A DNA stretch of 64,000 nucleotides, taken from Mobula hypostoma (taxonomy: Eukaryota). Of the stretch, positions 36,314 to 47,736 are shown in pieces. A program made the position numbers and the translations under genes. The stretch spans positions 15,192,001 through 15,256,000 of the forward strand of contig NC_086118.1 in NCBI RefSeq assembly GCF_963921235.1, read 5' to 3'. Position 1 is the stretch's first letter. Every line of letters begins with the position of its first letter. The notes below the pieces were generated by a model. That model was not told the origin of the DNA, did no database searches, and worked only from the letters and a program-made list of their open reading frames with translations.

Positions 36314-38709
36314 TTGCCAGTAATACTAAACTTTACTCTGATTCTAAATGATGTGTTAAAACTGAGCAGAAAGTGCTCACAGCTGTGCTGAGCACTGGGA
36401 AGAGAGTTGGGACCTATACAACCTTTTTTTTGCAGCCAACCATATGAAAGGCTGCCACAGGTGAGAGAAAATATGGTGGGTTTCTGACCATCTGTTTATC
36501 AGGTGGCTCCTATCCACCCAGATAAGTGATTGTCCGGTCAGATGAATTTGCATGTTGCAAGTAGTCCCAAGCCACCGCAAGATAAGACGTCAGTGAGTAC
36601 AGCATCTCCGAGATGATTTGAACAATACAGTTACAAAAGAGGTCAATCACTCTTGCAATTCGTTACCATGAACACTGGAAACAGTATTGGAGTGATTAGT
36701 GTTACAGAGAAGGCCCTTCAAGTGACGTTTGATCCATGTGCAACTGTGTTTTTATTTTGATGAATGATCGCCTCACACATGCAGCTACAATTTTGGTCAA
36801 AGATGCGTGTGGTGCATAACCTGTGACATCCTTAAGAACTTAATTGACACCATAGAGGCACTAGCCATGCTATGGTCAATTTCACAGGGAAGCAATGCAA
36901 TTTCACCTAAAAAAGATCCATTACATGAACTACTTCAGCTAAGATACTTATGTGCACAGAACAACGTGTGTGCAAGTGAATTTGATTTCTAGCCCTGTGG
37001 TTTTACAATATTTCCAGAATTGTAAAACTGCAGGAAAGTTTGAAATGAGTTCATATTGCTTCCTTTCATCTGTTTGAAGCAGTAGATTGTTCCTCCTTTT
37101 CTGAGCAGAAATGAAGATGCTAATGATATTTCATTCCTTGTCACTGCGGGATGCCATTTTGCATTCAGATCATTTTCTCCAATTGATTCCCATTAGTTTC
37201 ATACAAGAGAGGTAGCCCACTACATCGAGTTGTCAGAATTACTGTTTTGACTTCGCAATTTTGTACAGAAGCTTTATTTTAACCATACCTACCCAGCAGG
37301 AATGGAACAGGGATGGCCTTCAAGTGTTGACCATCTCAATTTAACATTAGTTAGAAAAATACATTATAAATTGAATATAAGTAAAGCTTTTAAATGTTTC
37401 TACCAGAAACCATTTTATTTTCCTCATCACCTTTTAAATTGTCTTTAAAGAACAAATTTCACTTTTAATCTAAACACTGATCACAAGCAATGATTTTGCA
37501 AAATAAGCATGTCAGAGGACCACATCTATAAACACATGAAACAAAAGGATTGGAAAATAAAAGGATTAGGAAGCATAAGAATGCAATAAAATATCAGTTG
37601 CAGGGAACATTAGCAGGGGTAATGAGATTATTCTGCATCAGCATAGATTTAATGCTCAAATGAGCTCCTCTGTGACATAAGGAAAAGACCTGAAATGAAA
37701 ACTTCCTGTGAATGTATAAAGGAAGCTGCGGGGAAAAATAAGAAGGCACTTTTCAAAACTGTAGTTAAGAGTTTTCTCTCTTCTCATCTCTGGTTTTGTT
37801 CCTGCATGACCCTACTGTGCATTGTTTAATTTGCTCCAGGTTTTCAGCCCTATTACTCAGTGACATATCAACAAGGGGCTTTTTACATTTCGCTCCATTC
37901 AGTAAAATTATGATTAAACTTTTACCCTTCTGTTTCCCCGAGATGAGTTCTGAAACATAGCTGTCAATGTAGTACAGCTAGCACTATCAAAAAACATTTG
38001 CAGTCTAAGAATGGAAGTAAACAAATTTTGGTGGCTAGTTCTGAAAAGAGATAAAAAGCATTTGTTACCAAAATTCATTTGTTATCAACACAAAGATTGC
38101 TTTAATTTTCTCAAATATTGTGAATACATATTAATCTTCATTTCTGTTTCTGTTATTTTTATTTCTATTCTTATCCTATGCTTACTACAACCCAGAAGAA
38201 TGTCTTGCTATCCCTTGTGTCCATCTTAGAACTCAGGGATATCCTGTTAGTCTCATACCCTCTTTACCTTTCTGTATCCTTTAAGGTTTTCTCTCTCATA
38301 CATGGCCAACAAGTTCCCTCCAATGTAATGCACTCAAAATACTGGAGGAACTCAGCAGGTGAGGCAGCAACTATGGAAATGAATACACAGTCAATGTTTC
38401 AGACCAAGTCTCTTCATCAGGACAGAAAGAATGGGAAATACGCCAGGAAGCTAGCTGGAAGGTGACAGGTGATTCCGTCCAATGCATTTTTTTAAACAGA
38501 GTAATTTAGCTAATTAATGTGGATTCAGAAGGAAACTGGAGCACTGGGAGGGAACCTAGAAACCCATAAAATAAATTGCAGGTGGAAAAATCAGGAAATG
38601 TAGTACAATCCAACAGAAAGAAAACAATACTACATATTAAAATAGGCGGATTAATTTGACTATGTTCAATTAGGTGATACAAAGTGTCTTCAGTTCTTTA
38701 CAGTCTTAG

Positions 38710-39548
38710 AAGCATAGAACACTACAGCACAGAAAACAGGCCATTTGGCCCATCTAGTCTGTACCGAAACATTATTCTGCTAGTCCCATTGACCTGCATC
38801 CAGTCCATAACCCTCCAGACCTCTCCCATCCATGTTTCTATCCAATTTATTCTTAAAACTTAAGAGTGAGCCCGCATTTACCACATCAGGTGGCAGCTCG
38901 TTCCACACTCCCACCACTCTGAGTGAAGTTCCCCCTAAAGCCATGTCCTCTCATATTTATTTCTCCTAATCTAAGTGGAAAGAGCCTACTCGCATTTACT
39001 CTGTCTATACCCCTCATAATTTTGTAAACCTCTATCAAATCCCCCCTCCTCATTCTTCTACACTCCAAGGAATAAAGTCCTAACCTGTTCAATCTTTCCC
39101 TGTAACTCAACTCCTGAAGACCCAGCAATATCCTAGTAAATCTCCTCTGCACTCTTTCAATCTTACTGATATCCCTCCTATAGTTAGGTGACCAGAATTG
39201 CACACAATACTCCAAATTTAGCCTCACCAATGTCTTATAGAACCTCACCATAACATCCCAACTCCGATGCTCAATACTTTGATTTATTAATGCCAAGGTG
39301 CCAAAAGCCGCCTTTACAACCCTGTCTACCTGTGATGCCACTTTCAGGGGATTATGTATCTGAACTCCCAGATCCCTTTGTTCCTCCACACTCCTCGGTG
39401 CCCTACCCTTTACTGTGTATGTCCTATCTTGATTTATCCTTCCAAAATGCAATACCTCACACTTGTCTGCATTAAATTCCATCTGCCATTTTCTGGCCCA
39501 TTTTTCCAGTTGGCCCAGATCCCTCTGCAAGCTCTGAAAGCCTTCCTT
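38710..39548 (-). mobile_element. CR1 LINE 3' fragment with a 214-codon open frame
   Basis: QRDLGQLEKWARKWQMEFNADKCEVLHFG...LEYCVQFWSP...ERVQRRFTR, plus tail gtagtgttctatg on the minus strand. Confidence 0.93.
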
Positions 39549-40414
39549 TGAAAGCCAAGCAAAGCGTGTCGTGGGATTAATATTCAGTTCAACACCTACT
39601 TGTTAAATTTCCAGCAACTGTACTGTCATTTGCCATCAGTGGAAAGCAGCCTCATACAAAATGGCAGTATAATTCAAGTGTCAGGTCTTAATGTGATGCT
39701 TGAATGAGCTAAAACCAAACAATCCAATTCCTCTTCAGAGGTTACCTCATGATAGACTGAATTCACACAATGCATATGACATTTTAATTGTAAAAGCACA
39801 TCTCGAAAACAATTAGGTTTAGTGGAATTTGCAGAAACTTTTAAAACTTTCAACATTATTAATTTGTTTGCCATGTAGCCACTCCTACCTATGCTAGGAA
39901 TCTGCATCATCCATGCTGCTCACATGATCCCATCTCTTGGACTTTGTCCATTCTTGCTCTGGCCTCCTGGGGGGTCTCCAAGTAACTTTCCCCACTCTTA
40001 TCTCCACACTCTCGTATGCATGGGACCCAAAACTGGAATTGTCATCTTAATCTTCACCACCCGTTTCCTCTCATAAACCTCTGATAGAAATCCATCTCTT
40101 TGATTAGTTAGAGATCTGTCCTAGTACCTCTACTTTTGAATTTGTTCAGTGCCTGAGAGATAACATTTCCAAGATTAGAGTTTGGACTCTTCCCACTGTC
40201 AGATGCATATACAAATGCAGGTTTTTGCAATTAATGTAGTTGCAGGCCTCTATTCTTTATTTGGACAGAGATGTACACTGTAGTGTAATCCAGGTCTGTT
40301 AACTGCAGTCACACTTTATACTGAGACCCTTGGGGCTACAATACACTAAACCTTTGTCAATGAGGAAAATGAGATTACCAACCAAGCAAACCAAGTATTT
40401 AATTCCAACAGAAC

Positions 40415-40582
40415 CCAGACAAAATGCTGGAGGAACTCAGCAGGCCAGGCAGCATCTATGGTAAACAGTAAACAGTTGTTGTTTCAGGCTGAGACCCTTC
40501 ATCAGGCCTGGTGAGTTCTGGCCAGTATTTAGTGTGAGTTGCTTTGGATATCTAGCATCTGCAGATTTTCTCATCTTTGTGA
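40415..40582. mobile_element. Penelope pLTR palindrome with truncated right arm
   Basis: aaaatgctggaggaactcagcaggcc...gagacccttcatcag joined to gcctggtgagttc...agcatctgcagattttctc. Confidence 0.75.
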
Positions 40583-42832
40583 TTATTCTGAGGCATCTCA
40601 CACGAGGGATTTCAGTGTCAGATACAATTACAAGGTTTCTGGATAGATTGGTTCATTTCCGAGATTTTTCAAGGAAAGTCGTGGGACCAATGGCTGGAGA
40701 CCAGAGATACTGCATGGAATTTTAAAGGCAATAATTTTGGTTTACCAAGTATTTATTTGGAGGACTATCTCATACAAGGTATCAGTCAGATGAAGAGGCA
40801 TAATGGTGATGTCAAGGTGGTTGTCATCCCATGGTTTTACTATTGTTGAGTTTCCAAAAATTAATAACCTTGGAATCAACCCGCCAGCCAATTAACTGAA
40901 CCACATAAATACCATGGCTACCAGAGTGGCTCAGATCCTGCAGTCAGTGACTCATTTCTTGATATACTAAACCCTTTCCATCAACATCAAGCGACAAGTC
41001 AAGAACACAATCAAATTCTCTCCACTTGCCTGGATGCATACGTTGCCAAAATCTCTCAAGGATGTTCAGTGTAGACAAAAAGCCATTTGTACCCCATCAA
41101 CCTCCCAAAGCTTTGCCTCCACTCCACTGCAGACACACAGTAACTAAAGTATGTACCATCCACAAGATGTATTGCAGCTACTTATCGAACCCACGTCCAT
41201 CACTGTAAAAGAAGGCCTAGAACAAAGGGTTCATGCAAACACCACACTTGAGCACTCTGCTCCAAGTCAAGTGCCATTCTTACTTGGAACTATGTCATCC
41301 ATCTTTCATTGTCATCAGGTCCAAATCCTGGACCTCCCTGAAAGGACCTTCACCAGAAAGGTGCAGCAGTTCACAAAGGAAGCTCAGCACCACCTTCTTC
41401 AGGACAGGCAATAATGCTCAAGACCCGATGAGCCAAATGGCCTAATTCTGCTCCAATTTTTTATAGTTTTATGGACCCAAAATGAATACATGGAAAGCAT
41501 TTAGGAACCGACATTGTTTATTAACAAGTAAATGATAAACATTACCACAACAGGAATAAATCTCTGGAGTCTAATGATACAGGCCCTAACAAAGAGCACT
41601 TTATTTGAAACTCTTCATCCTGACAGACATGATCGGGCAGTGGCCTATTATTAATTATGTCCTTCCCTGGTAAAAATCAGTGTTTGGAGGCAATATACAA
41701 ATCAATAAAACAACTCTTCCTTTAAAATGAATCAAACTTGTCACATACAGTACCTCATTCTTGTTATAACCCCTAATCAAACTAGAATGCTTCTGGTATT
41801 ATTCTATTTTTCTTGAAAAATTTATCCACAAAAAGAGCCAGAAGTAATATATACTTCCTGATTTTATTTAATACATATTTCAGAGTTTTTAGATTTCCTT
41901 TTCTGGCTGAATTATGAAATAATGAAGGATTTAACTTTTAGATAAATATGTCCCATAACTTGAGAGGCATTATCAGTTTCACTACCTAATGTGAAAAGGG
42001 GTATCATGACACTGAATAAAGTGGAGATTTCCTGTCCATAATACTCAGTAATCAGTCCAGGATTAGTCATCTAGGTGTTTTTAAGATCATCAAAACACTG
42101 TCAATTTACTCTTTAAATCCAGTCTGGAGGGAAGATTTCAACTGGGCATCTGAAGTAACAAAACCTTAAGTTTTTTTTTTACTTTCCCAAGATTAATTAC
42201 TGGCCCTAAATATTTCCTAATGAAGAATAGTTATAATGCTATCCTGTGTTTATAGGTATGACTGAAAATTGGGTACAATTTCTGTTAATTATTTTCTTTC
42301 AGTGATTACTCGTTCAGCTTTGATCAGACATGGTTATGCAGTTGTAAGCAAAATGTATCGAGCTGATATTGATCCAGAAAAGCAAAAGGGGACAGCAGTA
42401 ACATGGCTAAATATCCTCATCATGAGTAGGCTGCAAAGAAAGTGACTGGTCTGAAGTTGTTTCAGATTGCCAAAGTACAGGAATGAGCTGGGATCATGGA
42501 AAGCTTGTACTATCACATACCGTACCGTGGGTTTCACACAAAATAGAAATTCACACCTTGCATCTCTTGCACAACCTAAGGTGGGCGCCCAAGCAGCAAC
42601 ACTCAAACTTGCTTCGCAGCCACTCAACAACTTCCAACCTATATGTATTCTTTAAAGATCATTATGAAACAACTCCAAGTAACGACATGTGAAAGAAGTG
42701 GCTTCTTGCCAAAAGAAGGCAGATTTTTCTGATCGCAAACACAAGGAAATCTGCAGATGCTGGAAATTCAAGTAACACACATAAAATGCTGGTGGAACAC
42801 AGCAGGTCAGGCAGCATCTATTGGAAGAGGTA

Positions 42833-42870
42833 CAGTCGACGTTTCAGGCCGAGACCCTTCATCAGGACTA
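42833..42870 (-). ncRNA. Minimal type I hammerhead ribozyme motif, best-preserved copy
   Basis: Minus strand reads tagtc CTGATGA agggtctcggcct GAAAC GTC gactg. All core nucleotides, stems I and II, and the palindromic ACGT stem III are present. Confidence 0.78.
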
Positions 42871-43614
42871 ACTGAAAGAAGAGCTAGTAAGAGATTTGAA
42901 AGTGGGAGGGGGCGGGGGAGGGGGAGATCCAAAACGATAGGAGAAGACGGGGAGGGATGTAGCTAAGAGCTGGAAAGTTGATTGGCAAGATACAAGGCTA
43001 GAGAAGGGTGAGGATCATGGGATGGGAGACCCAGGGAGAAAGAAAAGGGGAGGGGAGCATCAGAGGAAGATATAGTGAGAGGGACAGAGGGAGAAAGAAG
43101 AGAGAAAGGGGGGGGGGGAATAAATAAATAAATAAATAAGGGATGTGGGTATGAAGGGGAGGTGGGGCATTAACGGAAGTTAGAGAAATCAATGTTCATG
43201 CCATCAGGTTGGAGGCTACCCAGGTGGAATATAAGGTGTTGTTCCTCCAACCTGAGTGTGGCTTCATCTTTACAGTAGAGGAGGCCGTGGATAGACATAT
43301 CAGAATGGGAATGGGACGTGGAATTGAAATGTGTGGCCACTGGGAGATCCTGCTTTCTCTGGAGGACAGAGTGTAGGTGTTCAGCGAAACGGTCTCCTAG
43401 TCTGCATCAGGTCTCGTCAATATATAGAAGGCCACACCCGGAGAACCGGACACAGTATACCACACCAGCCGACTCACAGGTGAAGTGTCACCTCACCTGG
43501 AAGGACTGTCTGGGGCCCTGAATGTTGGTGAGAGAGGAAGTGTGAGAGCAGGTGTAGCACTTGTTTCGCTTACAAGGATAAGTGCTGGGAGGGAGATCGG
43601 TGGGAAGGGACAGG

Positions 43615-45433
43615 CAGGGTCAGATTTAGTGGGGCCGAGGCCCCTGGGCTGGAGGCCCAGATGGGCCCCTGCCGACACCATAAAATGCTGCTGTACCAAG
43701 CAAAACAAGGCAAGAACAAGAGCAAAGTTCGTAGTGGTCTAAATATTAAAGCTATGGACCAAGACATTGGTTTAGTACAATATGTAGGCTATAAGCTTAC
43801 AGGCCTTAAGAGGGAGGACAGAAAGTAATGCAGATTCTTAGTTTGAAGGACAGCATCTAAAACACTCAAAAATTGACCTAGGCTTAGTTGGCTTAGTAAA
43901 GTTATGAAGGAGATGAAGTATGATGTACCCAATCTTAAATCTTTATTTAGCTATTTCTGCACACACCATAGGCCTTATTTCTCAAACAATGCCAAAGCAT
44001 TTTTATCTCGGTATTTTTCTCAACCGTGTGTTCTGAGAATGTAAAATGGAAATGAGAGACAAAAAGGCCAAGAGAGATGACACTATGGCAAACTAGGAAA
44101 CTTGACAATACTCCAACAATCTTTTTGAAAAATGAGATCGAGCACATACTAACCTATTGCTGTACTGTGTGGTTTGCAGAGTAAAGACCACTTATTACTT
44201 ACTAGGTTTGTAAGCAGTCACCTATTAGCCTATTGCCACAAAAACAGGAACAGCACTGACACACAGGCCTAGATATTTACAAAGTCAGATGCTTGCTTTT
44301 CAAAATTAAAGCCTAGTTCTTCTGGATTTCTTCGCAGCAAAGTCCTTGATCAGATCACTAAAATCCAGTTTCTGAACAAGATCACTTTCAAGTGACATCA
44401 GAGTAAGATGATTCAGCCTGTCCTGTCCCATTGTGGATCTGAGCCTATGTAGTTGCCGTTATCAGGCCTGCCAAATATGTCACTGAAGCCTCGGATAGCC
44501 AGTCCCCTCTTGACCAAAAACTTCACAACCACCAACACTCTTATCAATACATCGGTCCAGTAGACATACGCTGACTTGAACTGTTTTTGCAGTTCTGTAT
44601 CTATCCTTCCGCTGTCCGATGCTAGTGTAACGTAGGTCAGTATTGTTTTCCTGTAGTGTTCACCATTTTCACGCTCTCCTATGCGCTCAGCGGCATGTTT
44701 CCATTTGCTAAAGCCAGTTTCGAAGATGGACTGACAGTCACCATCTCTGAAGATGTGGCATACAAAACACACAGGCAGTGGAAGGGGAATATAAGAGCCA
44801 TTGTCTTGATATGTGCTCGCCATTTATGAGCTTGCGTTTGAAGTGAAATTTGGAGAAAAAACATCTCTGCTGTTTGTATACTCGTTCCAAAAGCTTTGAT
44901 ATCCACATCCTTATTCTGGCAGGACTCCGGCCCTTTCTTAGCCCAGTATGCTCGGACTGAATCATCTAACGTTTCCTTTCCTCAGCGAGCAGGATCAGTG
45001 CCGTAAGGATCCTCAGTAGTGGTAACTTTAACATTAATGGCGGCCTGACTTGGTTGTTCGGAGGCCTCTGTGGTTGGGGATCCCAAAGTCATGCTCCCTG
45101 CTTCTTCAACATTAGCTGCTGACTGTGGCAAGGACGGTGGTCCTGTGATAATGCTGGTGCTAGCGCTAGCTGTTGAACAAGTCTCCGTTTGTCCACCGGT
45201 CTCAGACTGTGACAGGAGCGATGGTACTGCTGCATCATTGAGAACAGGTTTAAAAAACTCTGTCAATTTCAATGTCTTTTTTAATGCTTCTTTCTCACGG
45301 TCCTCTTTTTCTTGTTTCTTTTTTCTTTTCTGTGCTCTACTCTAGTATTGTTTTTGTCCGCCATGATGATAGCTACCCATTTTTGGGCCCCTGGGCTGCA
45401 GCCCAGCCTAGCCCTGCCTAAAGTCCAGCCCCG
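43615..45433 (-). mobile_element. hAT (Tip100-like) DNA transposon, internally deleted
   Basis: TIRs cagggtcagatttag / ctaaagtccagccccg and an imperfect 8-bp TSD gggacagg / gagatggg. Remnants RQWLLYSPSTACVFC, WKHAAERI, VKFLVKRGLAIRG...DNGNY are joined to a dimerisation tail STMGQDRLNHLTLMSLESD...DFAAKKSR. Confidence 0.88.
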
Positions 45434-47303
45434 GAGATGGGGGGAGGAACGAATGAACAAGGGAGTCGCGTAGGGAGCGATCCCTGCGGAAAGCAGAAGG
45501 GGGGGGAGGGAAAGATGTGCTTGGTGGTGGGATCCCGTTGGAGGTGGCGGAAGTTACAGAGAATTATACGTTGGACCCGGAGGCTGGTGTGGTGGTAGGT
45601 GAGGACGGGAGGAAAGGTGAGAGCAGATGTGCGTGAAATAGGGGAGATGTGTTTGAGAGCAGAGTTGATGGTGGAGGAAGGGAAGCCCCTTTCTTTAAAA
45701 AAAGGAAGATATCTTCTTCGTCCTGGAATGAAAAGCCTCATCCAAGAGCAGATGCGGCGGAGACGGAGGAATTGCAAGAAAGGGATGGCATTTTTGCAAG
45801 AGATAGGGTGGGAAGAGGAATAGTCCGGGTAGCTGTGAGAGTCTGTCGGCTTACAGTAGACTTCAGTTGATAAGCTGTCTCCAGAAATAGAGACAGAAAG
45901 ATCAAGAAAGGGGAGGGAGGTGTCGGAAACGGACCAGGTAAATTTGAGGGCAGGTTGAAAGTTGGAGGCAAAGTTAATGAAGTCAACGAGCTCAGCATAC
46001 GTGCAGGAAGCAGCACCAATGCAGTTGTCAATGTAGCGAAGGAAAAATGGGGGACGCATACCAGTATAGGCTTGGAACATGGATTATTCCACAATGCCAA
46101 CAAAAAGGCAGGCATAATTGGTAACCATACAGGTGCCCATGGCTACACCTTTAGTTTGAAGGAAGTGGGAGGAGCCAAAGGAGAAATTATTAAGGGTAAG
46201 GACTAATTCTGCTAGACGGAGGAGAGTGGTGGTAGAGGGGAACTGGTTAGGTCTGGAATCTAAAAAAAAGCAGAGCGCTTCGAGACCTTTCTGGTGGGGG
46301 ATGGAGGTATATAGGGACTGGGCATCCATGGTGAAAATAAGGTGGTGGGGGCCAGGGAACCTAAAATCATTGAAAAAATTCAGAGCGTGAGAAGTGTCAT
46401 GAACATAAGTGGGAAGGGATTGAACAAGGGGGGATAAAACAGTGTTGAGGTATGCAGAAAACAGTTCGGTGGGGCAGGAGCAAGCTGAAACAATGGGACT
46501 ACCTAGACAGGCAGGTTTGTGGATCTTGGGTAGGAGGTAGAAAAGGGAAGTGCAGGGTGTGGGAACTATAAGATTGGTGGCAGTGGATGGGAGATCCTCG
46601 GAGCTGATAAAGTTGGTGATGGTGTGGGAGACAATGGCCTGGTGCTCCTTAGTGGGGTCATGTTCGAGGGGTAAATAAGATATTTATGATATTTGTTTAA
46701 TCTAACCAAATACTAGTTTATGATTTCCATTGTTACCAACCCATAACTAAGTTATTGAGGTTTCATTCTAGGAATATGTGTTTTTTTTTCTCAGCCTGGG
46801 ATCTTAAGCTAAACTAAATCAGACAGTGTTCGCTGGTGTTTGAGATTTAGACTCTTTTGTGAACAAGAGAAAGTCAAAACTATGGGTGAAGAGGACTTTG
46901 AAGACAATGGCTCAGAAGCTGCACGATCCACAGAAATATAAGCCAACGTGACCCTGCACAGGGCTTCTGCAGTTACATACAGGACAGTAAATGAGTGCTT
47001 CTCACGTGCACTGAATATGCAGCGTGTCATGCATGTAGGTACAGCTACGCCCAGCCTTTTACTCCAGCTTTACCAAGCATTCCCTTCCGAAAGTATTCTC
47101 CTGACTGGATCTCCGAAATCAGCAGTCCTGAATGAGAGCCAATGCTGGAAGTTGTGGAACAGCTTGATGTCACCAGTGTCAGGCAATTGTGAATGCTCGG
47201 TGAGAAAGTCGCTTTTTTTTAGGGTCAATATCATGCATTCACATATTAATGTTCCAACATCAAAGTTGAATTTGCTGAAAGGTGGGATTGGTTTGAGGGG
47301 TTC

Positions 47304-47485
47304 TGTTAGGTATTCACGTATATTTTGACCTTGTCAAGCTTCCCTGTGTCTTACCTACTGAACTTGATGTGAGATGGTATTCTGGGTAGATGTCTTACAG
47401 CACAATAAACAGCAGCAGGTTTGTTCCTCACCTCTCCGCCTCTCATACGTGTTATTCACAGCCACCCGGCTTCGCAAACATAACA
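47304..47485 (+). repeat. 5' LTR
   Basis: tgttaggt...acataaca with AATAAA. Direct repeat of 51808-52000. Confidence 0.8.
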
Positions 47486-47736
47486 ACTGACGATGAGGCG
47501 GTGAGTCCTCACATGATATTTATTGTGTTGTTCCCTTCGGCAAGAAAAGTCCATGTGCAACGCTGGTGGTGTACCACTGTGTAACGTGGTTGAGCAAAAA
47601 AGAAAATGGCCGCAGGAAGCATGTTGAGTGAAGAATCCGAAGGCAGAGAACAAGAAAGGGATGGTTAAATGAAATAAATAAGAGAGGGAGACAGATAAGA
47701 CGAGTTAACCTTTCTGGAATGTGATTGTGTTTGAAA

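Larger units (their letters stand above)
42734..46677 (-). mobile_element. Penelope-like retroelement (RT plus GIY-YIG), 5'-truncated, split by a hAT insertion
   Basis: RT motifs MDAQSLYTSIPH, LTLNNFSF, GVAMGT, FLRYIDNCIG, LPFLDL; GIY-YIG VVYCVR...LYIDET..RLGDRFAEH; pLTR at the left end. Imperfect 13-bp TSD agatttttctgat (42721-42733) and agatatttatgat (46678-46690). Confidence 0.93.

Noticed and set aside
46840..47330. 126-aa ORF in unique-looking sequence before the Gypsy
   Set aside because: No recognisable domain, and it reads into the LTR.
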